Shown here in pieces: positions 50,101-63,385 of a DNA stretch of 64,000 bases. The notes under the pieces were generated by a model. The model was not told the DNA's origin, did not search any database, and was given only the letters and a program-made list of their open reading frames with translations. Each line of letters starts with the position of its first letter. Position 1 is the first letter of the stretch. Origin of the DNA: Squalus acanthias (Eukaryota); contig CM059453.1 of NCBI GenBank assembly GCA_030390025.1, positions 7,378,001 to 7,442,000 of the forward strand, given 5' to 3'. The translations under genes and the position numbers were made by a program.

Positions 50101-53100
50101 GTTATATTAAGTGTGGCCATATGTTAACCTATGAGCCATAAAACTGCTTTACAACTGCGAAGAGTAATTCAGAATGGTGAACACACTTGCAAGACGTAGC
50201 AGAGAGAAATGAACAAAATGTGATTTTCTTGTTATTTCTATCTCAGATGTAGTTGTAAGCTATCAATCGCCCGTTTTAACATTGAAATGTACCTAACAAG
50301 CTGTTTTTCTCCCGTTTTTATAGAAAAGCCAGAGATTGCAGGTTATGGGGAATTGATCGCTGGTCAAAAAGCACGATTGAAATGTTCCGTCACCCACAAC
50401 TGCCCGGATGGCAAACTGAAACTGAAGTGGATTAATTACGATGTGTCCCTTCCTCCCCCAATGGATACTCAAGATGGAGCAGAAATTAGCAATGAAAGTT
50501 CAGGTTCTCGGACAGTTTCATCCGTGATCACCTTTACACCATCATCTGCTCATGACGGGAAAATTCTGGGATGCACAATGCTAATTGATGGTATCCCAAC
50601 TCCTTCGGCACAAAATCTTACCTTGGAGATTAAAGGTAAGTGTCCGATCTAAAGTAAACAGATTTATCCTGTAGGACAACGGGCTCCAAATTTTACAATT
50701 TTCCAACAAGTAATTTATTTGGGGTGAGAACTGCATCAAAGAATGCATCATGAAAAGCTTAGCCTCTGTACCAGGAGAGCTCACTTCAATAATCAAAAGT
50801 TCGGAATGCCTCTCATCTAATGCTCATCAGTCAGATTACATTAGAAACATTCATATCCATGAATCAATGATTTTGCCTACAACAGATTTTTTAATGTGAT
50901 TGTTAATCTTTATTCTAAGAACTTCCAGTCAGGTTCTGAGTTTAGTCAGTCATAAATGGAAGCCATGATGCGGAGATGCCGTTGTTGGACTGGGGTGGAC
51001 AAAAATGAGAGGTCGCACAAAACCAGGTTATAGTCCAACAGTTTTATTTAAAATTACGAGCTCGTAATTTTAAATAAAACTTTTGGACTATAACCTGGTG
51101 TTGTGCGACCTCTCATAAATGGAAGGAACAAAGGCCATGCCAAGTTAGGATCTGAAACGATGATACCCAATCTCAGCTCTGGGTGGGCTTAATAAGAACT
51201 TAAGAATTCGGAACAGGAGTAGGCCATACGTTCCTTCGAGCCTGTTCCGCCACTCCGGCAATCATGGCTAATCATCAATCTGAACTCCAATTTCTCACCC
51301 GATCCCCATACCCAATATAATGAATAAAGTAGGGGCTCAATTATGCTTATTCGACAATCACATTTTGCATCAACGGCTGTTTCAGATGGACTGGAATTCC
51401 CAACGTTCTACTGCTCTATAGTAGCTGTGGAAGGAAGTTCATTATTATTATACTTCACGGCCTGTGGGAAACCCCTGGTCAGTTCAAGATGGGTGAAAAA
51501 TGGTGAACAGATCAGCAGGTCTTCCACTGGTGAACTAAAGCAGATATTCCACAGCATCCGTTCTGAGGACGACGGTGAATATTGGTGCATAGCGGAAAAT
51601 GCCGTGGGCACCACAAACCGTTCCACACAAATGTCTGTACAATTTAAGTATGTATTAATTTATCAATTAGATAGCAGCCTTTCAGTTCACGAACTCTGGA
51701 TTAAATACCAATTTTCTCTTGCCTGCTTGCTGGAAGGCGCCCATGTGCACGAGTTAGGAATAGTTTCACCCCTTCCAGCGGAAATAGCGGGAAACTACCT
51801 CGATGGCAACAAAAATGGAAACTAACCCGGCATCTCGCTCAGTATGACAGGAGTGGAATATGGCACAATGTCTCATAAATGCAGCAGGTCTTACATTTAT
51901 GAGGTTGCGACACAAGCACATTTACTGGGACCTTTCCTCTACAACTAATTGTTCATAAATTATATTCGTCGTCCTAAATAAGCAACTTTCCAATCCTTAG
52001 AACTGACTTGCAGGAATTTGATGAGCACAAATTCTCTCCAAAAAAAGTGTGATAAAATTTTGTTAAGCCATCTCCTGTTACTTGTATTAATGTTGATTGA
52101 ATAGTGTAATATTCTCGCGAATTGGTTCTTTGAAATGTCTCCTTGAGAGCCGGACGTTCATTGAAGAATCACATCAGTCCACCACACATGAAGATGTTTA
52201 AAACAGGACACAAAGTGAAGACATTGAAATAAATTGACCTTTTAAAACAATGACGTTTGAGACACCTTTTTGGGTATACTATGCAGAATCAAATCTCTGA
52301 GCTAGCTCCGTCTGAGGGACCCTCACAACATCTGTCAGGAGATGTATTGATGGACTGAACACACATTTATTTAATGTTGATTTGTTCCTAACGAGCTCTC
52401 CTGTTATAAGTGGAAATATAATAAAACATGAACTGGTGCAACATAGGCTGCTTCATCTTAAAATATAACAACCAGAACTATTATTGTTATTTCAACTCAT
52501 TACTTAATTGTATTTCGACACTACGGCAGTTTACATGATCATTTACTGTTGAAGTTTCCATTTTTTGTAGATAAACCCACAATTTTAGCAGGCCCGACAT
52601 GCACCAGCTCTGAGAATTGGACGAATTGCAGCTGCCGGATCAGAGCCAATCCCCCGGGAAACATCACGTGGGGCCTCAATGGGAGAATCCTCACTGGGGA
52701 CAGGTCAGATGTGGAAATCATCTCCTGGGCGGTGAATAGTCGACTCATGGAGAGCTCCCTGAGACTGACTCACCCAACCGGAAACGGAAACCTGATCTCA
52801 TGTGTTGCAGCAAACAAGCACGGTGATTCTGTCAGTAAATACCATCTCCACTCGAAGGGTACGTGTTTACTCTATCTGTAATGTAAAACTATAAGGGAGT
52901 TGGTCCACCACTGGTCAGTCACTAATTGAACGGTGTTAGTGTCAGCACATACCAGCTCCATTCAGCAGGTCCATACTGGATCTCTCTCGAATTAGTATTA
53001 GGACCGCTTTCCATCAGTGGTCAATCTCCGACTGAAATGTGCGGTCGGCATTATCCATTTTAACTTTCATTCTTCTGCTACTTGTTCGGTTTATATTTTC

Positions 53101-56100
53101 AAGATAAATTGAAATCATCTGAGCAGCTGAATTAGCCAGTAATCTTGGAAAACAAATTCTTCTGATTTAAGATAAACCCTTTAGAAATTCCTAAATTATC
53201 TCAATACATGATAGCAAACTGCAATCTACACTTTTGTAGCTATATGCTCATTTCTATCTTATTCAGACTAATTTGGGGATGTAGAACCGATATTCAATAA
53301 CCGAAGCGAAATTAAATTATCGCTATAGATTATGAATCTTACCGCTGTAACTTGTGAACTTGGCGGGCCTGTATTCCGATCAGATTAAACCAACGCTTTT
53401 TCCTTGGGTGGGTTGTGGAGTGAACTTAATTTGTCAATTGAGATTTTTACATCAGTGAATCTTAATTTATTGATTCCAATTTACGCCAGGCCGCAACACA
53501 GGGATAAAAGGCTTTTACGCAAGGATCATCAGGTTTTGACAAGTGGAGTACATAATTTACAATTAGCTTTGTGATCCAATCATGAAGGAAACTTGCTTCA
53601 TCACACTCATAAATGTGCTTCCAAGATTGTTGTTTAATCCCAAATTCCTAATACAGAGCAATGTTATCCGACATTTTAGGAATATACTCCAGGACAATCC
53701 TCCTCATAATAGGAGGAGGAGCCATTGGGCTTGTTATTCTAATTGCAATCGTGATCACGCTGAAGATAAAAAGGTAGGTGTGATTATTAATTATGTAGAA
53801 TTAAGTTTCAACGCAAACCTGCATCAGAACGTTCATGTATCAAAATCTCCTTTAAATTAAACTCCCGTGAGAAAAGTGTGCATCAGCCGAAACTGGTAGG
53901 AAGGTCAATCATCCCTGACCATTCGCTCGCATCTCCAAGCATCACATACAGATTAATATTAGTGGCTGCTTGAATCAGGCTGTCTGTACATTCTTCCTGT
54001 TCCATTATAGGGGTCTGTTTCCTTCTGTTTAAAGTGGAAATGTTTGGACTTCTGATCGCTGGCGCTCTTTGTGCCGGGGAGTGTTTACAATTCCCGTGCA
54101 ATCTGGATAAAGTTTTCAGCAGGCTCAAAGAATGGGCAAACAATCCTTTCAGTTTTTTTCTGCTGCTGGTTTTATGGGGCATCCTCACACGAGCTTCCTT
54201 GTCATGACTGACTCTCAGCAAAACAATACACCAGATTGACACTTAATCTCTATCAATCAAGCTAGTACAGCAAACAGTAAACCAAAAAGCAAACAGTAAA
54301 ATTAACGTGACACAGACGTTTACAGTCGTTGTTAAGGTTGTTTCGCTCAAGGAGTAGAAAATTAAATTTCAAAATTGGTGTGACTGAAGTGCTAAAGTAT
54401 GATACAAGCAGTTATTCATGTTGCGCTTGTTATCTTATTCTTCCCAGTGATTCAAGCTATTTCGTCTGACTAGCTTTCTTTCAAAGCTCTGGACAGACTC
54501 GCTGCTTTATATCGACAGGCTGATAATTACATTCAGAATTGTGACCGGCTCCAACTGAATTCAAATAACACCCAATTAGGTTTACAATCGGCTGCCAATC
54601 AAATTTATCCTTCAACCAATCGGACAGGAGGTGTACAATTGAAATCTATGACGCCGCCCCTCAACAGACAATGTTTCGACAACAACCGCAACAGCATGAG
54701 CCAGAACACTCTTTTAGCTTTTAATCCTTCCTGTACCATGATATATTTAAAGAAGGCAATTCCATGCTTAATAATATCAACTACTCAATGATCGCAAAAA
54801 GATTGATGAGGAATATTGATGTATTCCTAATTTCTAACTTCAATGTGTTGAAGTGGTCTACCTAATAATAGAAAGGACTGCGTTGACACATTGAACCACT
54901 TGCATCTGCTATTTTCCGAGGTTGAAATCATTAATAAACCTCCCACTGACCGTTATTTATCACACTCAACTTTCAGCTAGCGCAATCAGCACAGTATCAT
55001 TAACACCAATCGTAGATACATTGAAATGCACCCCTTTTGAAATGTTGGCCTGTGGAAATTGAAATGAATTGGGTTGCGGATCTGGTCTGTGCTTTTTGGG
55101 AGAAGTAAATGACACAAGGTGCCAAATAAAAGGTTATTACATAAGATTAGGGCTCATGCTGTTGGGGGTTATATAGTTGCATGGATAGAGGATTGGTTAA
55201 CAGACAGAAAACAGTGTCGGTATAAACGGATCTTTTTCAGGTTTGCAGGCTGCAACATGTAGGTTGCCGCAATGATCAGTGTTGGGGCCCCAGCTATTTA
55301 AAATCTATATTAATGATCTAGATGAAGAGACCGAGTGTAATGTATCCAATTTTTTTGCTGATACACAACTCGTGGGACAGTAAGGTGTGAGGAGACAACA
55401 AAGCGTCTGCTGAGGGATATAGATAGACTAAGTGAGTGGGCAGTAAGGTGGCAGATGGAGAATAATGTAAGGAAATGTGAGGTCATTCACTTTGGTAGGA
55501 AGAATAGCAAAACAGAATATTTTTTAAATGGTGAGAAACTTTCAAATGTTGGTGTTCAGGGAGATTTGCGTGTCCTCGTGCAAGAAACACAGAAAGCTAG
55601 CATGCAGGTACAGCAAGCAATAAGGAAGGCAAATGGCATGTTGGCCTTTATTGTTAGGGGGTTGGAGTCTAAGAGTAAGGAGGTTTTGCTACAATTGTAC
55701 AGGGCCTTGGTGGGACCACACCTAGAGTACTGTGCACAGTTTTGGTCTCCTTATCTATGGAAGGATATATTTGCCTTGGAGGCGTGCAACGAAGGTTCAC
55801 CAGATTGATTCCTGGGATGAGAGGGTTGTCTTACGATGACAGATTGTGAAGAATGGGCCTATATTATCTGGAGTTTAGAAGAATGAGAGATGATCTCTTT
55901 GAAGCAGACAAGATTCTGTAGAGGATTGACAGGGTAGATGCTGTCAGGCTGTATCTCCTGGCTGGAGTCTCTAGAAATAGGGGGCATAGTCTCAGGATAA
56001 GTGGTAGGCCATTTAAGACGGAGATGAGGAGTAATTTCTTCGCTCAGAGGGTTGTGAATCTTTGGAATTCTCAGCCCCAGAGGGTAGTGAATGCAGAGTT

Positions 56101-59100
56101 TTGGATTATATTCAAGGCTGAGATAGATAGATTGTTGGACTCTTGGGGAATCAAGGGATATGGAGATTGGGCGGGAAAATGGAGTGCAGTTCGAAGATCA
56201 GCGATGATCTTTTTGAATGGCGGAAAAGTCTAGAGGGGCCGTATGGCCGACTCCTGCTCCTATTTCTTATTTCTTATGTTCTTAAGTCTTTCCTGTCCCC
56301 CTCACGTCCTTCATCGCGCAGGCGCAGTGTGCTTTCACTAAACATTCCAGTTAATTAATAGAAGTGCCTCATTTGCATTTGTTATTATTCAGGAAGAAAC
56401 ATGGAGAAGCTGCACGTGTCTCCGATGCACACGATGATTTGGTGATTTACAGTACGGTGCAGAAGGCACTAAACGATGACGTAAGTGATGCCAAGCTGGG
56501 CTGACAATTGTAGGATGTTTGGTGTACTTTCAACCGGCAAGTGACCAATAAAGGTCAATACCCATCAGATAAACGGGAGTTACAGAAACGTGTTGGCCTT
56601 TAATGGAGGATTAACCGCCTCACGTCGCGAAGAGTGCAACAGAGCTACAAACTTTACATTAAGTGACCTACTAAATACATTTAGAAAGTATTTCTCACAT
56701 TGGCGTTCCTTCTCAAAGCAAATTATTTCTTTAAGAATGCGTTTCCAATGTTATTTTACCTCCTGCCAATTAGGTTTCACGTGTTAAATGTCCAACACGA
56801 TCACAAAGTGTTGGCAACACAGAGGGGATAAACATTTTAGTTCCTCAGGTGCAACTCCGAATTGCATCTTGCTGCCGATGTGGTTCCCATGTTCCTCACC
56901 TTTCATTCAGAAGGTTGTGGCTTCAAGCTTCGCTCCAGCATTTGAACCTATAATCTGGGCTGAAACTTCATTTCAAAACTGAAGGAGTGCAACATTGCCT
57001 GAAGTCCCGTTCTTTCGATTAGTAGTTAAACGTGGCCACCTTTGTTTCCTCCTATGGAGGGAAACGATCTTATGGTGCTACTGTGTGGAAGTTTGACAGT
57101 TTTCCCAGTGCCCTTGCAAACATTTCTCCCTCGATGAACACCAGCTAAAACGGATTAATTCGCCATTCATCCCATTAACTGGTTGTTGCATTTTTTCTAC
57201 AACAGCGGCAAGAATTCAAAATGTATTATTTGCATAGCATCGATTCGGTCTTAATAATCACAGAATCATGCAGTCCAGAATGAGGCCATTCAGCCCATGG
57301 TGCCTGTGCTGGCTGTTTGAAAGAGCTAAATAATTAGTCACACTACACTGATTTGGCCCTTAGCCCTGATTTAATTTGTTTTTCATATTCACGCATATAT
57401 CCATTTCCCTTTTTATAGACACTATTGAATCTACTGCCAGCGCCATAGAGGCAGCTCATTCCAAATCATTTGGTTCTTGTCCCAAATATCTTCAATCTGT
57501 GTCCATTGGTTAGCTACGTTCCTGCCAGTGGAAACAATTTCTCTAAATGTTGTATCAAAATTCTGCAGAATTTTGATCACCAATATCTAATCTCTCTTTA
57601 ACATTCTCTGCACTAAGCAGAACAATCCCAGTTTCCCTGGACTCTCCGTTTAAGTGCAGTCCCTCATTCATCCTATAATTCTAGCAAATTTGCTCTGTAC
57701 CCTCTCGAAGGCATTGACATCGTTTTGACAGTGTTATGCACAAAATTGGTGAAATACGTCAGCCGAGGGCCAACTTCTGATGTATAAAGGTTCAGAATAT
57801 TTTCCTTGTTTTCATAATCTGTACCTCAATTTATAAAAACCCGGATCACGTATGTTATTTAGAATCCTTAGAATTATTTTACAGCACAGAAGGCGGCCAT
57901 TCGGCCCGTTGTACCTGTGCCGGCTCTTTGAAAGAGGTTTCCAATTTAATCCCACACCCAAGCGATATCGACTCGTCCGGATATACAATTGCATTTTCTT
58001 TATTTCTTATAGAATCATAGAACAATAGAAGATATGAGCAGGATTAGGCCATTTGGCCCCTCTAGCCTGCTCCACCATTCAATGCGATCATGGCTGATCA
58101 TCCAAATTCACTACCCTGTCCCTGCTTTCTCCCCATATCCCTTGATCCCTTTAGCCTTAAGAAATATATCCAACACCTTCTTGAATCTATTTAATGTATT
58201 GTCCTCTACTGCCTTCTATGGCAGAGAATTCCACAGGTTCACCACTCTCTGGGTGAATAAATTCCTCCTCATTTCTGTCCTAAACGGCTTACCCCTTATC
58301 CTTCGACTGTGGCCCCTGGTTTTGGTCTCCCCGACCATCGGGAACATCCTTCCTGCATCTAGTTTGTCCTGTCCTGTCAGAATTTTATAAGTTTCAATGA
58401 GATCCCCTCTCATTCTTTTAAACTCCAGCGAGTATAAGCCCAATCGACCCAATCTCTCTTCATACGTCATTCCTGCCATGACAGGTATCAGCCTTGTGAA
58501 ACTTCGCTGAACACCTTCCATGGCAAGAACATCTTTCCTCAGATAAGGCGATCTAAACTGCACACAGTACTCAAGGTGTGGTCTCACCAAGGCCCTGCAG
58601 AACTGCAGCAAGACATCCTTGTTCCTGTACTAAAACCCTCTCCCGATGAAGGCCAACATACCATTTGCCTTCTTAACCGCCTGCTGCACCTGCATGCTTA
58701 CCTTGAGCGACTGGTGCACATGGGCACCCAGATCTCGTTGCACTTCCCCTTCTCCCAATCTATTGCCATTCAGATAATAATCTGCCTTTCTGTTTTTGAG
58801 ACCAAAGTGGATAACCTCGCATTTATCCACGTTATATTGCATCTGCCACGCTTCTGCCCAATCACCCAACCTGTCCAAATCATCCTGGAGTTTCTCTGCA
58901 TCCTCCTAGCAGCACACACGCCCACCCAGTTTTGTGTCGTCAGTAAACTTGAAGATATTACATCTAGCTCCCTTTTACAGATCATTAATATATATTGTGA
59001 ATAGCTGGGGTCCAAGGACCGCTCCCTGCGGTACCCCACTAGTCACTGCCTGCCACTCGGAAAAAGACCCGTTTATTGCAACTCTTTGCGTTCTGTCTGC

Positions 59101-61030
59101 CAACCAGTTCTCTATCCATTTCAATACCTTGCCCCCAATCCCATGTGCCTTAACTTTACACGCAAAAGGTAAATCATGCTTGACTAATCTACTGGAATGC
59201 GGGACCTTATCAAAAGCCTTTTGGAAGTACAAATACACGACATCCATTGGTTCTCCCTTTTCTATTTTAGCAGTTACATCCTCAAAAAATTCCAGCAGAT
59301 TAGTCAAGCATGATTTACCTTTTGTAAATCAATGTTGACTTTGTCCGATCCTGTCACTGTTTTTCAATTGCTCAGCTATTACATCTTTTATAATGGACTC
59401 CAGCATTTTCCCCACTACCGATGTCAGTCTTACCAGTCTGTAATTCCCCGTTTTCTCTCTACAACCCTTTTTCAATAGTGGGGTAATATTAGCTACCCTC
59501 CAATCCATGGGTACTGTTCCAGATTCCATCGAATGTTGGAAGATGATCAGCAATGCATCTACTATTGCTAGGGCCACTTCCTTAAGTACCCTAGGATTTA
59601 GATTATCAGGCCCTGGGGATTTATCGGCCTTCAATCCCTTCAATTTCCCTACCACCATTTCCCTACAAATACTGATTTCTTTCAATTCCTCACTTTCATC
59701 AGACCATATGTTCCCCAACATCTCTGGTGAGTTTATTTGTGTCCTCCTTTGTGAAGACAGAACAAAAATATGTATTTAATTGGCCTGACATTTCTTTGTT
59801 CCCCATTATAAGTTCCCCTGATTCTGACTGCAACGGACCTATGCTTGATTTCACTAATCTTTTTCTCTTCACATATCTATACAAGCTTTTACAGTCAGTT
59901 TTTATTTTCCCTGTAAGCTTACTCTGGTATTCTATTTTCCCCTTCTCAATTAATCTCTTTGTCCTCCTTTGTTCAATCTTAAACTGCTCCCAATCCACAG
60001 GGTTACTGCTTTTTCTGGCCAATTTATATGCCGTCTCCTTGGATCTTATGCTATCCCTAATTTCCCTTGTTAGCAATGGTTGAGTCACGCTTTTTGTTTT
60101 ATTCTTATGCCAAACTGGGATGAACAAATTCAGTAGTTTGTCCATGCGGGCTTTGAATGTTTGCCATTGCCTATCCACCGTCAACCTTTTGAGAGGCAGT
60201 GCCCAATCAATCCTAACCATCTCGCACCTCATACCATCGTAGTTTACTTTATTTAAATTCAGGACCCTACTCTCTGAGTCAACTACTTCATTCTCCATCC
60301 TAATGAAGAATTCTATCATATTATGATCGCTCCGACCCAAGGGGCCTCGCACAACAAGATTGCTAATTAATCCTTTCTCATTGCATAATACCCAGTCTAC
60401 GATGGGCTAATCTCTGGTTGGTTCCTAGCATTATTGGTCCAGGAACCCATCCCGTAAACACTCCAGGAATTCCTTCTCCACAGTATTGTTACTAATTTGG
60501 TTAGCCCAATCTATATGTATATTAAAGTCAACCAAGATGACTGCTGTGCCCTTATTGCATACTTCTCTAATTTCCCTTTTAATGCCATCCCCAACCTCCG
60601 CATTACTGTTTGGAGGTCTATATATCAGTCCCACTAACGTTTTCTGCCTCTTGTTGTTTCTCAGTTCAACCCATACAGATTCCACATCATCAGAGCTAAT
60701 ATCATTCCATCATGTCTTAACAACGCTCATCTCATGGATCAGTTCCATTAGAAAACTTACAAGGGAAAAAATAGTTTGATTTCTTCTGGTGCAGACAGCA
60801 CACTCCCATCGCATTCTAATCCATATCTGCAATAGTTCCATATCTAACACAAATACCTTCCATTACAGAGGGACGATCAGTGTACAGAGGTTGGTCGTGG
60901 CGCCGCACAATCGACTAAACCAGCTCAGAATGACGAGATTGCGTACGCGACCGTCAATGTCTCCAACTTCCGCAAACATGATCAATATATTCAAAATGAG
61001 GAGACCAGCGAATATGCAGCAATTAAATAG
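47083..61030 (+). CDS. Gene B: Siglec/MAG-like inhibitory receptor, paralog of gene A (3 cytoplasmic Tyr motifs)
   Basis: Exons 47083-47125 (leader), 47765-48145, 50324-50635, [51386-51643, donor mutated], 52571-52858, 53680-53773, 56393-56480, 60869-61030. Shared exons have the same sizes and phases as gene A, except that the last exon is 7 codons longer. Motifs VIYSTV, IAYATV, SEYAAI. 455 aa if the donor-less exon is skipped. Confidence 0.82.
47765..48145 (+). CDS. Gene B V-set Ig exon
   Basis: ctcag|ttg...ttag|gtgag, 381 nt; GSCAEIRC...[20 protein letters not shown]. Confidence 0.9.
50324..50635 (+). CDS. Gene B C2-set Ig exon 1
   Basis: 312 nt, AG/GT intact, 89/104 aa identical to the gene A exon. 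Confidence 0.9.
50963..51112. mobile_element. Fold-back insertion of the same pLTR family as 2231-2633
   Basis: ~55-bp arms centred on gag|ctc (51060/51061); TSD tcataaatggaag (50950-50962, 51113-51125); empty site in gene A at ~9292-9304. Confidence 0.78.
51386..51643 (+). pseudogene. Gene B C2-set exon 2, probable pseudoexon
   Basis: Homologous to 9565-9822, but the donor reads caat|ttaag instead of caat|gtaag and the B-strand Cys is replaced (LLLYF vs LLLYC). Confidence 0.75.
52571..52858 (+). CDS. Gene B membrane-proximal Ig exon
   Basis: tgtag|ataaa...aagg|gtacg, 288 nt, ~90% aa identity to gene A. Confidence 0.88.
53680..53773 (+). CDS. Gene B transmembrane exon
   Basis: [32 protein letters not shown]; tttag|...aaag|gtaggt. 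Confidence 0.88.
55114..56284 (+). mobile_element. CR1 3' fragment (paralog of 13066-14227)
   Basis: Same flanks and extent as the gene A copy. Confidence 0.85.
56393..56480 (+). CDS. Gene B cytoplasmic exon with ITIM VIYSTV
   Basis: ttcag|gaag...tgac|gtaagt, 88 nt. Confidence 0.87.
58008..60705 (-). mobile_element. 5'-truncated CR1 (APE+RT) in the last intron of gene B
   Basis: [23 protein letters not shown] fragments; absent from gene A at ~16000. Confidence 0.9.
60869..61030 (+). CDS. Gene B last exon (IAYATV and SEYAAI motifs)
   Basis: ttacag|AGG...[10 protein letters not shown]...ETSEYAAIK*; AATAAA at 61111-61116. Confidence 0.86.
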   Translation, partial: RDDQCTEVGRGAAQSTKPAQNDEIAYATVNVSNFRKHDQYIQNEETSEYAAIK

Positions 61031-61411
61031 AACTGAATGTTAACAGGCGTTATACTATCAGCGCGGATGATCTTGAAACTGACAATACTTTAAAGCACCT
61101 GATGACGGAAAATAAATCAAACATTGATTTGCAACAAGTACTATGAGAATTGTGGTCTTTCAGAAAATCGGTCCCATGTTTTGATTTACGTTCCCAAAGT
61201 CGAGTTCATTGGCATAGAGTTGACAGTGTGACTTTTTCAATAATGTATCTTATCAAATTTTTTATCTATTCTTTGAAAATAACAATTTTACAAAACATGT
61301 CTAACATCGTCTCTGTCTGTTAATCTATTGAAATCCATTGGCCGCAGTGTGAACCCACACAACCGGGGACCGGTTTGCCAAAAAAGCTTGCAATGAAACA
61401 CCAGAGACAAT

Positions 61412-62139
61412 GGCCCTGAATTTTCGATCAGTGGCTTCCTGCGGGCGGATGCCTCCGATCGGAAAAAAATCTACCAACTTACCTGCTGGTTCCGTCGATA
61501 CGGAGGCTTGCGATCCTGGGCCTCTCCTCTTCGAAATGCGCAGAGGCCCAAATATCCCAGCGGCGCATGCGCTTCGCAAGATCCCCTCTGATCACGTGGG
61601 CCAGGCGAACCAATGGAAGAATGGAATCCCCCTCCATCCTTTTGACTGTTCCTGAAGCACAGAACTGTCAAAAGTATGCATGGGGATGACTTCAAAAATG
61701 CACCAACACACTGAAATAAATAAAGAAAAACTAACACAAATGTAAAATTAATTAAAATGCAATTTTATTAAATATTTTAAACAAAACTTTATTTTTTTAA
61801 AAATTAAATTTAAATGTTTTAAAGCAGCTACAAATAACTTTACATTATTGAAAAGGTTTTTCAATATTTAAAAGGTTTTAAAAATATTGTTAATGTTATT
61901 TTAAACTATTATACTGGACGTATTCATTCTATGGCCTTTCATCGGCATAAGTTGCGCAAAAAGCGCAATTCTCCACTCGCAGAGGCACAACTCCCGGTGA
62001 TGCGGAGGATCTGTCAAGAAGATTCTTGACAGATCGCAAGTGCCGGGTATTAGCGCATTCGCTTCGCATGCCTAAACCCGGAAGTTGCGCGGCCACTACG
62101 GGTGCGTACACACCCATAGTGGACGCAAAATTCGGCACC
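61412..62139. mobile_element. MITE-like element (duplicate of 17809-18520)
   Basis: Same flanks and TIRs. Confidence 0.62.
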
Positions 62140-62613
62140 TTAAAATCAGGTGCTAAATTAGAGCGATCCAGAATTATGCACATAGACGAGTTCTGGCAGA
62201 GATCCAAATAATTTTAATTTGTAAGCCCTGGTATTTTATTTTCTGAGTTGACAGAGTTTGCCGTCGTAATCGCTTTGAGATGTGCTGTAATTCCAGATTT
62301 CTGGAACTTGCGAACTGTCAACGTAAGTATTGACAGGCCATCTGCAGGTGCTGCGATGATGCAATCGCTGGCGCAGAGTTGGGCTTTTTGCCCAATTGAC
62401 CCCCCAGCAATTGTTCATGTAAGTCTTACGAGTGATGCAAGCGAAGAACCTGTTTACATCAGCTTAAGGACATATCCAGAATCTAAGGCTTAAATAAAAC
62501 ATTTCAAAATCCAAATTGTATGCACATACACTGAATTAAATGAGTTTATGCAAATACTGGCCCGATACCTATTTTGAAGATGTATGAAATTATCAAATAA
62601 ATATATTTTTGTT

Positions 62614-63385
62614 GGCCCTGAATTTGCGGTCGGAGGCGTACTTCCGGAGCACACCTCTCACCTGTGAAACATTTCTGAACTTACCATTGGCTCCACAACA
62701 ACGGTGAGTTCGGATCTTGTGCCTCGTTGCGTACGCCTGCTAAAGGCTCCTGGATCCCAGGGACGCAGACAGTCCGGAAGCGTCCATGGGATCGTGTAGG
62801 CCGGGTCCTCCAAAGAGAATGGCGGATTCCATTGCAGTCATTTACGAAGGGAATCCGCTAATGAAGTGCAACGGAATCCACAAATAATTATACAATTCAG
62901 ACTACTCTAATTATAATTAATGTTCTTTTTTTCAAATTTTATTCAAAGTCCCTCAATCACACCAAACAAAATAAATAAATATTTTTTCGAAAAATAATTT
63001 TAAACATTTTAAGCCGGGCCAATATTTGCATAACCGAATTTTAACTCTCTGTGCATCATTTTTTTAAATTTTACATTTTTAAATCAAGATTTATTTTAAC
63101 AGTTACGCAATTGAAAGCAGGCCCTGCGCCTGCGTTTGCCAACCATCCGTGTTTCGTGGGCAATTGCTGGGCAGTAGTTCGGTAAATAGCTCAACTGTAC
63201 GCCAGTGAATGTGATTTATCTGTCGGTTTTTTGGATCTGTCAAGGCGTACCTGGACAGATCGCAAGTTCCGTGTTTGCGCGCATGCGAATACATTTGTAG
63301 ACTCGGTATTTGCGGGGTCGAAACTGAAGGATTAGGATGGCACAGGCTGAGCGTATGCCGTCAAAGACAGCATAAATTCTGGCCC
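62614..63385. mobile_element. MITE-like element (duplicate of 18743-19512)
   Basis: Same flanks and TIRs. Confidence 0.62.
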
